Of a DNA stretch of 64,000 bases, positions 39,846 through 52,932 are shown piece by piece (position 1 is the stretch's first letter; every line of letters begins with the position of its first letter). The notes beneath the pieces are model-generated. The model saw nothing but the letters and a program-made list of their open reading frames with translations. It searched no databases and was not told the DNA's origin. Source of the stretch: Phoronis australis (lineage: Eukaryota; Animalia; Phoronida). A program made the position numbers and the translations under genes. The stretch lies in the NCBI GenBank assembly GCA_002633005.1, contig NMRA01000312.1, forward strand, positions 205,850-269,849. Reading direction: 5' to 3'.

Positions 39846-41978
39846 ACCCTCATACACATCCAAAGGCATTTGATTGGTTCCCGTCTGCGTTTCGTAGACC
39901 TCAAAACATTAGCTTGCGCTCCAACCTCGCGGCGTCAGTGGCCGACGTTTTGCTAGGTTGGGCTGGTGAACTACTCGCATTTCACTCGCGTGATTTGACA
40001 AGATCTTCCTTTTCTCACAAGGTCTTCGAAAAGCTTTCCAGGCTGACCCGAGATGCGTTTCGTAGAACATGTTTCGCTGAAGAGCGCAATGACAAGAACA
40101 CAAAAATTAACGCTAGTGAAATGCGAGTAAGCTCGAGACGGTACGAGCATTCCTTGGCAAAATGGCCGCCACTGAAATGATTGATTAGCAGATTTATCGC
40201 ATTAACGGACCGGAACGCAGTTCCGTGTAAACGCCGAGAGAAGATGACGAGTTGAGGGTTGACGTCATCGATAAGTCGTCAGTCAACAATTCTTGAACCT
40301 TTGTATCAAAACCCCAACATCTATTTTTGATTATCTTGTTAACGAGCAACTATCCTTACATTTCATAGCGGGGTTGAACCAAAGAAAACGTGTGAATTGG
40401 TCGCAAGTAAACAGATATTGTGCTTTCAGTGACCACCACAAGTCACTGAAAAAGCTTTAGAAAGGAGAGATCGCAACGTGTAAATGCCACGAGACGACAC
40501 CTGCTTACGACACAAGTTTTTGCACGTTTTTTGCTTGAAACGAATACCGAAAGGTTCTATTATTCATCATTTCTCGCTTGTACGAAGTCTCGTGAGCACG
40601 CTGTCGTCGCTTTAAATTACATGGTGGAAGCATCCACTGCGTTATATTCATTCAAACAACTATATCGGTATCTATTAATGAACTGCCATAGCAACAGAAA
40701 CTTAAAATTCCATTTAAACGAGCTGCTATATGCTACTGAAAACAAGCTTGCAAATCACCTGATTTGAGCATTAGTTTTTTTTTACTTGACAGTTTACAAC
40801 ACATAGTTTGACACTGGAAATGTACGGCTGCGCGAACAATGCCCAGTCATATTCTCCTAAACTTTAGCTCCTAAATCCTACACGCGGTGTTGTGATGATC
40901 CACACTCGCCGGGCAGCAAACTCAAATCTCTAAATTTTCCAGCTCTAGAATTCTTTCGTATTTATGCTTAACCTGTCCAAGTGGATGTTGTGCTCATAGA
41001 TTCAACTTTGATGTCTGATTGTGAAGAATGTCCTGAAATTTTCGATCCGCGAAAAAAGTTTAGAAAATCAGGTCTGGTTTTCAGAATGCGTGTCCGTTGC
41101 TAAACTGCCATTGATCTGAGTTTAGAGGACGTGACTGATACCCGTCCATGTACTTGTTTCTCGAGATTAATGTTCATGCCTTGTTAAAACACCACAAAAT
41201 CAAACACCTCCTTCAGCCCTCCATAATGATCACGTCAGTGTCTCACTGTCTCACGATACAAATGACTGCGTAAAACTACATTGATGAATTAAACGTCGGA
41301 CAATTATGTTGAATTTTCAGTCATATCTACTTGGAAAATCAAATAGGTCACCTTGTGCGTAGCCACGCCCAGTTCGTTACTGTTTCTTCCTTGTGCTTTA
41401 TGTAAATTGTGCTACACTTTATTGTTACTATACTTGGACACGATATCTTCACATCTACTATCTTTCGCTGCTCCACGTGAAGACTAATATATTGTTTTAA
41501 ATGTCGTTTTCAGCTTCCTGTTTATATATGATTGCTGACGGAAAACCCCTCAGCTACCATGATACATTTATCGTGGGACGTTTTTGAACAATTTTGAAGA
41601 TTTTTGAGACATCAGGTTTTGTATTGTATTTTCGACAGCAATACTGTAATATGGCAGTGGGGTTTTCGACCTGGATAAAGTTTGCTTACTGCAAAACTGC
41701 AAAACATGTGTTGCTTAAGGAGTGCCTTGGAAACTTTGAGTGTATACCCCTGCGTGTGCTTACGTCACCGTTGGTGGAAGCTTGCATTAACTACAGGTGT
41801 TGTAAAGACGTATATAAAGTTCATTGTTTTCTAATAAACGTTTTCTTTACATCACCATGCAGCATGCTAATGTAGTAATATTTGTTAGGCATGTTAATGC
41901 AACCAGTTATTTTACTGTGAAGCACATATCTCATATTGTTTCTTGTAACGTTTAACCTTTTTGTTTTTACTTTCTAAG

Positions 41979-42020
41979 CGCAAGGTGGCGCTTTACAGGA
42001 GATGATACGACCGTTTAGTA
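41979..42020 (+). CDS. Shaw: Predicted 42-nt Shaw C-terminal cassette microexon (AQGGALQEMIRPFS)
   Basis: Long pyrimidine tract plus AAG acceptor, open phase 1-1 frame, donor GTAAGT at 42021. Confidence 0.5.
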
Positions 42021-43680
42021 GTAAGTGGCGGATCATGTCAGCATGCGCGATCCAGCTTCTTGTAAACGTTGTTTTGTTTTCTCTCTTGTCCCGTCTTGTC
42101 TCTGAAGGTGACTTACATGTTGCGTTCTTGGTCTGATAGTTTATATCTTCCTATCAACCTGCTTCCTTCTTGCAAAGTCCTTTGTCCACGAAGCGGCTTT
42201 CTCAACACGTCTTCTCTTGTCTGTTTGTGACATCTTTGCTATTTCCCAATGTGCTGTCTTTGCTGTCAGTCTTTTCTAAAACCCACTAAATAAATCCAGC
42301 TAGCGCAAATATTACCGGGTATAAATAGACAGATGATTGACGATAGATGATTAGAATGGATGATGAAACGTATACATAATCATTAGGACCAACCTAGGTG
42401 AATGATAGTTCCTTAGCTAATGTAGAACAGTAAGTTAGGACTGTAAGAACAAAACGCTTCATAACATTCCTTGTTAGAATGCATGGATACATTTACCTGA
42501 AAATACATATGAAAGCTAATCAGTAAAACATCAAACAGAAATGATCCTCAATGCCAATATCTTGACTCTGGGTTTCGGCCACGTACTTTAAAAATAATTT
42601 TTGTTTTTCTTTGATGGAAAAACAAATGGGAAACGCAGCGACACTGTGTTACGAAGCGGTATGTAGGACAAATTTCATGCAACGTAGTCCTGGTATTTTC
42701 TGGGATCAAACAATTCACAATAGAATCAGGCACCAATGTCTAGTCAAGCTTTTCATAAGCAACGTGCACGCTGTTTCGCTGATGGGTGGCACGTACGTCA
42801 CGTGACATCAGACAGCTGCGCGTTCTCCGACCACTCTCTAATGTTACTGCACTGCACTGCAGACACTTTTTGCTTACCTCTAGCTCGAAGTTTACCTGTC
42901 ACATTTTAAATGAATGGACGGCATGTTTCATTCGACGCATGGAAATTTAGTGCACGTACAAAGTTGCCACAAATAAGTATAAATAGGTGGCTCTAGTGTA
43001 TAGGCTTGTTTTGCCTGTATAAAGTGGGGTTCATAACGTGTGTTTTCATGCTAAAGAAAAAATTAGTCCGGAAAATCCAATTAATAAATGCCAGTTTCTG
43101 AATGTAGTTCTTTTTTAACATCCTCTGACACGAGACGATTGTGCCCACTTTGTACCATCGAGACTCGTGTAAGCACGATCTCTTTTCGGTCTGTATGTAT
43201 ATGCAAGAAGTTTTCAATTTCAATGGCTCGCTTTGAGGAAATTGATAAAACATAATGCACAACTGGCAAGCGGAGTCCTTTGAAAGTTCTTCTGTAAATT
43301 TATGAATTCTTCTTACACCTAGATTCTTCTTATACAATTACATCTAGATAGAATTGTTTTGATACTCATGCTGTTCGTTGTCGTTATGTCGTTACTGTCA
43401 CCGTGGACTGCAGTTCATAAAAGGATTTTAAGTGACGCTCTCCGTTCAAGGTGATTTTTGAACTGCAAAAACTAGCGAATTGTACACTGTCTCTTCTATG
43501 TTCTGTTTTCTTTTAGTGGTTAATTTTGCCGCTCCAACGAGTCGATACATTATTGCCGGAGGTATTGTATATAACGCAACTGTGTGACACTTTTAAACAC
43601 TCTCTGGGTGATGTGTTGACACGTTTTAGGACCATTTTCCATTCCAGAACACCGAATTATTATATCCTCTTTTTTCTTCA

Positions 43681-43715
43681 GTGTGTGTGTGTGCGTGTGT
43701 GTGTGTCTGTGTGTG
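43681..43715. repeat. Imperfect (TG)n microsatellite
   Basis: Direct reading. Confidence 0.9.
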
Positions 43716-44484
43716 AATCTTTCGTCAGTCCTTTCAGCAGGCAGTCAAATATTGTCTCGGTGCTAGATTAGGAAATTATGTTTGTAGCAAACTAGACAGC
43801 AGGTCCAACGTTCCGTTTCTAGTTTTTTATTTCAATTCTGTTGATGTAACGTTGTCCAATGTCAAGGTTAAAAAACGTTGATCTTATCTGTCTCATTCCG
43901 TCACATATACGATTTCGCGAGGTCCTGTAAGATCTTGATTACTACACAAGAAACTAGGTAAACGGAACGTTTCCCAGGTTTAAAACGCGCAAATCAAGTG
44001 ACGGAAACAAAGCACACAAATAATTTAGTCATTTGTTTTGTGTAGTGAAATTTGTCAGTGGGTACAAAAACGTTGTACAGCTTAAAGGCAGCTCGAGTTG
44101 AACACAAGCTTATCGCGACCAAAATTTTGTCTTTCTTTAGCAGACAATGTTTTATTAGAATTTGAATTGGTTGCGAGACTTATAACCACCTTGAAGTGAT
44201 TGCGTGACGTATGTGCGTGTGCTTAGTTAGTGGCTGCTGTGCTTTTACTTTCATGTTTGAGTTGTTAAGATATTTCTAACCCAGATTAAAAAGACGTAAA
44301 CGTTGCAGAAAGAAGGAGTATAGTGCAGTTCGAATAAGTCGTAACACCACAGACAAAATCGAACAGCTTTCACCCCGACTGTCTTGTTGGTCTCATTGAG
44401 TTCCTCTTCTAGTAAACGAGCTACGTCACACCTTCGTAGTATTTGGTGGGACAACGCCCGTTCTTTACAGAAAATCAATTTGTA

Positions 44485-44756
44485 CATGGGCGCACCCATG
44501 GGGGCGGAGGGGCTCGAGCCCCCCAATTTGGCGAATTGGGCAAAAAGCTCCGCCTCAGCGAAACAAAAAGTCCGAGTAAAGGAGACAAAAGTCCACAAAG
44601 CCCTCAGGAATTCGGCGCGGATGCACATTCCGTAGGCCTGAACCTAGTGGTCCCGTTCTTTTTAACTTTGTTTAATGTTCGCTGATTTTTTTGAGTAAAA
44701 GGTCCGCATACCGAAAAGTTCGAGCTCCTCTATAGTTTAGGCAGGGTGTGCGCATG
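44485..44756. mobile_element. CATGGGCGCACCC MITE with 5-bp TSD TTGTA
   Basis: TTGTA|catgggcgcaccc ... gggtgtgcgcatg|TTGTA. Confidence 0.8.
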
Positions 44757-45144
44757 TTGTAGGCGTCTTATACTGTGGTACTAGCTCACAATCTGCAATC
44801 TTTACGCCTTTTCACCTTGACACATGTTTCGCATGATGCATTTCAACTCTTGACGAAAGTGTTTAGAAGTACAATGTTTATAATTTAATGCTGTATGAAA
44901 CTTAATTCACTAAAACAACGAATGTTACTTTTTGTATTATGCATGGATGTTATTTTGAATGTATTAGTTTAATGATGGCACCTGCCTTTGAAATTTAAAA
45001 CACAAACTTGAGCACCCTTTATGCACTTTTTGAGTTCGAATTATTTAAGGGCACCGGTTAAAAAATTCACAACAAATTTCGAACACGACGGGTTTAAAAA
45101 GTCTGGATACACCGAAAGTTGATAATACCATTTATGCTCCACAG

Positions 45145-45300
45145 GAGGCGGTGAAGAGACCATACCAATGCTGATGATTAATCATACCGAAAAAGAGGAT
45201 CCGGGTCCTCGAACGAGACCTAATCCTCCCGCGTCGGGAAACGCAACAGATGCAAAAGCCACTGACATACCTACGTCAGAACTTATTACCATAGCAACGG
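45145..45300 (+). CDS. Shaw: Predicted Shaw C-terminal exon (156 nt; GGEETIPMLMINHTEKEDPGPRTRPNPP...ELITIAT)
   Basis: ctccacag acceptor, open phase 1-1 frame with coding-like composition, donor G|GTTGGT. Confidence 0.6.
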
Positions 45301-47665
45301 GTTGGTAGAATAACTCAATTTTACAAGTTTCTCTGCAAGATTTCATAAGCAGCCCGTCAGCTTCGCTCGCGCACCGTGAGAGGTGGTAAATTGCAAAAGC
45401 TATCGTCATCGTTTCTCTTCAGTCATGGCCAAATACTCGCGTGGCAGGAGTCAAGTGACAGAAATGTTACCCAAATAACTTCATCTCTTTGCATGTATTT
45501 AGTATTGTTACTGCTGTTCATCTGTATAAGTGTGGTCTCGTGGATTTATTAACAAAACAACACTTTACTGCTTAACGTTTTGAGTCCAGTAGATACGGTT
45601 TGATTTGATTGTTATATTTGTCTAGATGATCGAAGTGTCGATATACCCTTACTAATTTAAGATTTCTTTGTGATACATTTTGAAATATACTAAGTACTTA
45701 TACGAAAAATTTAAGAAAATTACATTTGCTCGTTCGATACCCGGCAAATGGCATCTTTTTCATAGGTCAACTCTGCCATGTAAATGAGGAAGTAATAGGG
45801 CTTATTTCGGGAAACATTGATAAACAAACAATCATCCGATTATTATTCTTTTGGAGGTTTTTAGTACATGCGCTTCTGTTCAAACTGCTTATTCAAGTCT
45901 CATTATTGCGCATTCTGAGAAGCTGACGGGCTTAACCGTTGCATTTCTTGCTCTATTCCTCTTTCAGAACTCTATTTAAATGTCTTGTATCTCCCCCCGT
46001 CCGCCATCACCTCTTTTCAAAATGTGTGCATGTATGATCAATAGTAACTTACAGTGTGATCTAAGGCATGATTCAATGCAAGCTTTGATTGACTCGCAGT
46101 TTGTTTGCCATCAAATTTATGGACTGTCTTAACCGACGATTTGTCGACTCTGGAGTTTTTCACGAAGTTGTGCAGCCTTGAAAGAATAAGTTAGTACCTA
46201 CAAAGAATAGACAACTCTGAATTGTCTGTTCTACGTGTAACCTACAGGAGGACGTGCGGTTGCATATTCAAATACCGTCCCTGTGTCACGTGAAATAATT
46301 CTTCATAGAGTGTGCTTCATGATGGAACACGTTTTAAAGCGGTATAAACCCCGTGCTTTCTGTCCAAAAATAAATCTTTATTTACGCCTCTATCGTTGTA
46401 AAAATGACCTCAAATTGTTCTTTACTCAGTTTAGAAGTGATTTGGGCTCGGGAAGAATGGACAATTCGTTTTTGTAGTGACCAAGCTCATAAAATTTCAG
46501 GTCATGCCGTGACCTAAAGTTTAAGACCTTCGTCTGAAGAGTTAAGGAACTTACAGTTCTTTTTAAGGGAAGAAATCCAGCCATTTTGGCCAAGGAACAA
46601 TTTGAGACCAATTTCTTAACGGTAGGTGTCCTAAACCAAAATTTGGTGCAAGGCTTTACATCGCTTTATATAAGAAAAATTGGAAAAAGAGAAGATGCAT
46701 TTAGACACTTCTCGGTATTTACACCTAGCGTTTGAAAATTACATTCCTCAAATGGACGACTCCAGGGCATGAACAGTCTTTATCTCTCGGGCAGCCGTTA
46801 CAGTACCTTATAAATCAGTTGGTATGCTAACAAACTCTCTCTAACTGAATGTTATCCGTAAGTTCTGGTGTTGTTTGCAGTTTTCTTACATAGACTTCAT
46901 GTAGTCCATCAAAAATAATCGAGTGGGGTCAGGGAATGTCCCCAAAATGAAATAGTTCAGGAAGTGGTCGATGTCTCCATAGGTTGACAAGCTGTGTCTG
47001 TGTTATGTGGGAGATTGAACTAACTTGCTATTCATCCACATAAGTCTGATGTCAAGGTGAGCTTACTTTGGAATGAAGAAATTAACAAACATGTCAACAT
47101 ATGTAAACATTTTTTAACACCGACCACTTTCCGAACCATCTCACGCATTGGTTATGTAATGGTTGCCATGGCAAATAGAGCAAAGAAGTGTCCTTGTGAA
47201 GGTTACAGTTTTCAAATGCAAGGTGAATACAAACTCCCACATCCTGGCTCTGCTGCAAACAAGAACCGCTTAGATAATCAACTCTTTCTGGATTTATTCT
47301 TACTCAAAATATGTATCGAGACACCATGGATTATAAATCTTCAGCAAATTTCGCGATGACCAGCAGGTGACGACTAGATGTAAGTAGCTGTTTGCATTCA
47401 CTCACAACACTAGCATTCACTGGCCAAGGGAATGCGTTACGGTATGGACTCTACGAAGCTTGGTCACCAGTGTTCATTGAACGATTCACTCAATGTCTTG
47501 TTGTCATTGGCTGCACCTGTTGTGTAACTTACATATACATGTCAACGTTAAATGGAAATAGGGTCGGGGAAATCACATGAGTAGCTACATTACAACACTG
47601 CCAGACGACAATTCACGTGTTCACCATAGTGATGATAATGAAACTGGGAGCGGCTGTTCTTGTAG

Positions 47666-47779
47666 ATGGAACTGCAGCAAATACAATTCCGCTCACCAAC
47701 GCCAAGGCATTTTCATCGACGGCCAGTTCAGCTGCATCCACCGCGAAACTGAAAAATGCTGGCTCAAACACAAGTATAT
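47666..47779 (+). CDS. Shaw: Predicted Shaw C-terminal exon (114 nt; DGTAANTIPLTNAKAFSSTASSAASTAKLKNAGSNTSI)
   Basis: ttcttgtag acceptor, open phase 1-1 frame, donor GTAAGA at 47780. Confidence 0.5.
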
Positions 47780-48454
47780 GTAAGACTTTATCTCATCTTA
47801 AATAATTAAGCCTGATCCTAATATGTTATAAGAGTCGCATTTACAGCCTTTTCGCAAGTTGCGGGTGCAGACGGTGTTGCAAGTACCGTCAAATTGCGGT
47901 CGTTGCCAGCTGCTGTGTATATATATTGTCGCTGCAACAAGTTACTAAACATGCTGACTATTGGCCTGTCTTATTTCACAGCGGCTGCCACCACTAGTGA
48001 TCAGGTTGATCCACACTTCATGTTGTAAAAGTCGCAGTCACAGCGTCTTCGTAGCCTCTGCAGATGTTGTATCATAAAATAAGTTAGCTTGTCTGCTGGT
48101 ATAGTAGCGACTACCAACTCAATGTGCACAGGTGCTGTATTTGCAGCAGCTGGACACAACTACGATTTGGTGGTACTTAAAACAACGTTTGCAACAACCT
48201 GGGAAACCTGAGACTGCGACTCTTACAACGTTTTATTGGTCAGACTTTAGTGGTTGAATCTGCCTGTTTGGGCTTCATGAGGATACTGACACCAAATCTT
48301 TAAGTTACAAAAATCCTTTTCCCTTACTCTGTTTGTCGTTGGCAATGGTGAACAGACTTTTTCGTCTAATAGTCGTGAGTTCGGCGTAAAATGTTGGATC
48401 ACCTTAATTTCATATCATCCGATGCAAAGAGCATAGTGTTCATTCGTTTGAGTA

Positions 48455-48493
48455 CGAGACTTAGACACGAGACTTAGACACGAGACTTACACA
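48455..48493. repeat. 13-bp tandem repeat, 3 copies
   Basis: cgagacttagaca x3. Confidence 0.85.
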
Positions 48494-48629
48494 TCTATGA
48501 ATCACTGGTTCGTTATCATCTGAGGTTCACTAATTTAAGCTAATCATCGTTCGTCACTTTATGCATGTATGAGCCCATTCGCCCGTTGTTCCTCATACAA
48601 AGTGATGAATGTTGCTCTTTCCGTTGCAG

Positions 48630-48742
48630 CTAAATCTCCAGATGGTGACAAAAACGGTGGTGCGAAAGACTTTTCCAAACCGATGTCGCCTCCCCAGAAT
48701 GCTTCGTCTACTGGAAATGTTTGTATTTCTGTGAACACGTGA
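48630..48742 (+). CDS. Shaw: Predicted terminal coding exon of Shaw (KSPDGDKNGGAKDFSKPMSPPQNASSTGNVCISVNT*)
   Basis: Strong acceptor ctctttccgttgcag, phase-1 open frame to TGA at 48740-48742. Confidence 0.6.
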
Positions 48743-49368
48743 TCATGGCTGGAGTTAGGAAGATGGGGTTTTAAAGTTTAACTATTAGCGCATACTAAAA
48801 GAAGAACGACCTGCAACTGATTAAAAATTTGTGTAGTGTAGTAAAAACAATTGGGAGTTTATCAGTTGTTTAATACTCTAGTAACGGCTACAATCGTTCG
48901 TGCACGAATTAGGGTACAGTTAGGGTAAAATCGTTGGTAATGGTTTCTTTGTGCTCGAAAATATCTTCACCCTGAAATAAGGTCATCTAACACATCATGT
49001 GAAAGAAAGCAGGGCACCCAATAGCAGGTACGCTTTCGTCTCTGTAAGGTATGTTTGTTAGAAGAGACAGTGAAGCATTTGCGAAATTAAGTTCACTTTC
49101 CAAAAGATATCTGTCTCTGCTTGGCTTCGTTTCACGACAGCAAAACGTGCTTGGAAATTATAATTAAAATAGATGTAAGCCCAAGAGACAGTCAGCACTT
49201 CGATTAGGCTGAAAAGTGAAGTATTGTGGGTAGATAAAACGATTTTCTAGCGAGCGCCGTCTTGGCTTCAAAACGAGGCTATTGACCCACGGACAATGTT
49301 TGGCAACGGACGCAACCATGACCATTGTGAAACTTAAGTGAACACTAAAAGTGGCGATTAATAAAGCT

Positions 49369-49603
49369 CAAGGTACCTAAACTACACGGTCAACGGACTC
49401 ATAACCACGGGTCATGACGGACTCATCGGCTTCCTGGGTCAGCTGACATCTTCATTTTGTCCGTAAACCGTGTTTGGCGGTCCGTTAATCGTGTTTCCTC
49501 GTGAATATGAGTCCGTGTCCCGTGTATTTGGGTGCGTGAATCGTGTTTTGTGAGTCCGTTCCTGTGTTTATGAGTCAGTTGACCGTGTAGTTTAGGTACC
49601 TTG
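49369..49603. mobile_element. MITE with perfect 26-bp TIR and 5-bp TSD AAGCT
   Basis: AAGCT|caaggtacctaaactacacggtcaac ... gttgaccgtgtagtttaggtaccttg|AAGCT, with internal cgtgt/gagtccgt subterminal repeats. Confidence 0.9.
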
Positions 49604-51979
49604 AAGCTGCAGTATGCCAACAGTCTCAATAACCATGCCACTACGATGTGGTACGTGACCGCCTCATCTTTAGATTGTTTATTGTTGTGTCTAAACAATT
49701 ACATAAAGGCCAACGCACACTGTGCGATCTGTTGCCAAGAGGCCTCGCGACATTTTATCCGCGACAAATTGTCGTTTTGTTGAATCATGACATTGTCGGC
49801 GATGGTAATCGTATCGTGTGCGAGGCCAGTCATGGGCAATCGCATCTGGCAGTAGTGCATTGCGATGGGAGTTGTCTGTGGAAGACTTATATGTAGCCTA
49901 TTTGCTGTTGAAAAGCGTTTCAAGAAAGTTCAATGTAAATATACAGCGTGATGTCTTGTATCATATTTTATAAATAGACACGTGGGTGTGCACATCAGAA
50001 TGGTCTCATCGTGTTTTTCTTGCTGTGTGGAGGAACTCAGAAGCAAAGTGTGATAATCGACTAATACATGTAATATAGGAATAGCTGTGTTGTGCGCGTG
50101 CGTATTGTAGTCTTTCCGGCCGTAAGAACTTGGTCCCAGCTAGCGACAAATCGGTCTTCTGTGATTGCAATCGTCATTATAATGTATCTTTCGGCGTGTT
50201 GAGCTGTGTTGTAAGAGTAATAAATATCTGGAGTATTTGTAGGTATCGCTCATTGAACCTGAGGAACGTCAAGTTATTGTATGTCTGCCTGTACTACCAA
50301 TCTTCAGTTAGTAATTCTCAGCACCATATTTTGACAAATCATGCTTGTTAAGAATATGTTTTAAAACACCGTTAGAACAATTCATGAATCACATTATGGA
50401 TGTGCATGCAACAAGAGAGCCGATATGCCATAGGTGGTGCCAAGGTCAAGGACGCCTTTTTATTACATTTGACCGGATTGATACAGAATTCCGACATCGA
50501 GCTTCTCATCATGTGACGTCATTGGTATGGGACACATCTGAAGTGAAGGAACTAAATATAGTCTAAGGGAAATATACTGTTAACGTAGCGAAGTTGTTCA
50601 AATACAAATATACACCTACGGATTGAGGTGAGGGAAAGGTGAGCGAAATGAAACCTGACCTAGAAATTAGGATCATTCAAAACTGCAATCCTCCGTGAGT
50701 ATAGAAAATCGGCTACCGGTGCGGAAACATAATCCCAATTCCGCATATAAAGTTAGCTGTGAGTCGACTCTTCAATAAAATGATATTCCTTCACAAGTTT
50801 ACGAAAGTATACAACCAATGTTTCCACGTCCTACATTTTGGTATAGTTTCCTATTCGAAAAAGCGTGCCAGTTTTGCTCACATCCGTTCCACCTAGTTGT
50901 TAGGAATTTTGACGTGAGACATATCACTAGACTATATGGATGTTTAGTGATAACGTGTCGGCGACTACTGCAACACGATTTGGACCCTTAAATGATAATC
51001 AAAAATGCATTCACATCTTATTTTCAAAAAATATTCGCAGGTTTTATTTTTCTTACGTTTCAGGTAACCGCGAGGCCATTTTAGCTCTTGAAACTTTCAA
51101 AAAAACATTGGTGTGGCTTACTCGGTGTGTCCCATTGCGGTTAAACCCATTGAATGCTCCCGGAGAGATGAGAAGGGTCAAAATTTAGTACGTCCATAGT
51201 CCAGTAGTAGTTTTCAGTAATTTTCAGCGCTACGTAGACCTAGTCTAATTATGATTCTTGTTTCAATTTTAGTATCTTAAGTTGGCTGGGTCCTAAACGT
51301 TGACATGACGTCATACTAAACAATCGAATAGTATAAACACTGCCAAATTAGGTATTCTTAAGTAGCGTATTCGGAAACCGCACGTCAGTATTCACTAGCA
51401 GTCTTTGCTAGATCCACACGTTTGACTTCCAGTATGTTCGTCTGATTGCACAAACCAGAACTACATTGATGTAAAATTCACCACAAATTCTAAGGGGTTG
51501 AAGTGCTCCTGTGCCGGGACTCCATATGACGAAACTGGAATTGCGAATCTGTCTACGATCTATGACCATGAGCAGCTGACCGGTTGGCTAGTAACGCACA
51601 GGCACACCGTTTTAACTTTCCTTGCATAACACCAAACAAAATATGGGCCGCGTGTGGTTTGTTCAAACTTATTGTGGCAGTAGTTCAGTTACAGCTAGTG
51701 AAACGGATTGTATGTCCAGGCAATAGTAGTTGCCGAGAAAAAATGTCCCAGAAAGCACTGCTAAGTCATGCGCATGCGTCAGATTTCGAGACTAGTAAAA
51801 GGCAGAGGCCAATGTGTTTTTGTTTCAACGCCGGAGGCAGTTCTTGGGGAAGGGGGNTCAGTAACATTACCTATTTTCCGCAAGGGAAAGTTTATAAGAC
51901 TACGTGATCCACTTTATCTTGCATTGTGATTTCCCACAGTGATAATTACGCGTAATCTCCCCAACCTGGCATGACGATA

Positions 51980-52053
51980 CATGGACGGCCTAGCACTGAA
52001 ATAAGTGTGGGGGTGTGCTATAGACCCCAGCCCCCTATGGTGCTCCGCCCATG
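51980..52053 (-). mobile_element. Monomeric CATGGGCGGCGC-family MITE, degraded
   Basis: catggacggc...ctatagaccccagccccctatggtgctccgcccatg. Flanks cgata/taata may be a decayed 5-bp TSD. Confidence 0.65.
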
Positions 52054-52418
52054 TAATAGTCTTGGTGAGCTCAACCCTGGATTTGCATTGCACTGGACCT
52101 GAGGCTCCCCAGGTTGCTGTGGAAATCAGGAACGTTTTGTTGGGTCCAAAACGTTTAGAATGTTTCAGTTTTAGTCTGTTTCAAATGTGTGTATAATTAA
52201 ATGTTTTCTAAAACTTTCAAGATTTTTAACTGGGTCGGGTACTCAAGTCAGGTGACATTTTGCTTACCGTACACCGTACGTGTAGCTCTACCATGTTAAA
52301 GTTCTATAGTAATTTAATTATAGTGAGGTATATTTTGTATTTCTTCTGTATGTTTCGAGTACACTATTTATTATCTCGCGTCTTTGGTATTATATGTGCT
52401 CATTGTACAAAGCAACAT

Positions 52419-52562
52419 ATCACCTTGGTTACTCTTCAAAGGCAATGTATAACTATCATCTTGGTTACTCTTCAAAGGCAATGTATAACTATCACCTTGG
52501 TTACTCTTCAAAGGCAATGTATAACTATCACCTTGGTTACTCTTCAAAGGCAATGTATAACT
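52419..52562. repeat. 36-bp tandem repeat, 4 copies
   Basis: atcaccttggttactcttcaaaggcaatgtataact x4, near identical. Confidence 0.95.
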
Positions 52563-52932
52563 TTGAGTTTGCACTAAAGCAACCCTTACTCATTTTATTT
52601 AAAGGAGTAATTTTAATGAATTTTCAAACTAAAGAACATATTTTAGTTAAACTGGGGCTAACCAACGATTAATGGTGAAGAGCCAATTGTCCTGAACAGT
52701 AACGCAAGCGTCTGGAACAGTAACGCAAGCGTCTGGTTACCCTTTTATGAGCACGGTAATGTTCGAACGCTTAATTAATGTTATACTAAGGTCTTCTGTA
52801 CATGTAGTTACTTTGAAAAGTTTATTAATAAAATTTAAATTATGACCATACGTATTGATGTTTTGGGCTATGCAAATTCAGAAATGAGGTAAAATTCACG
52901 AACAGGGCGACGTCACAAATTATGAAGTTTCT

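Noticed and set aside
47057-47386. Additional Shaw exon ending at the GTAAGT near 47381
   Set aside because: No acceptor gives an open phase-compatible frame.
52260-52672. 36-bp repeat as a CRISPR array or as repeat-protein ORFs (LVTLQRQCITIT etc.)
   Set aside because: No spacers. The ORFs in several frames arise only because the unit is a multiple of 3 and lacks stops.
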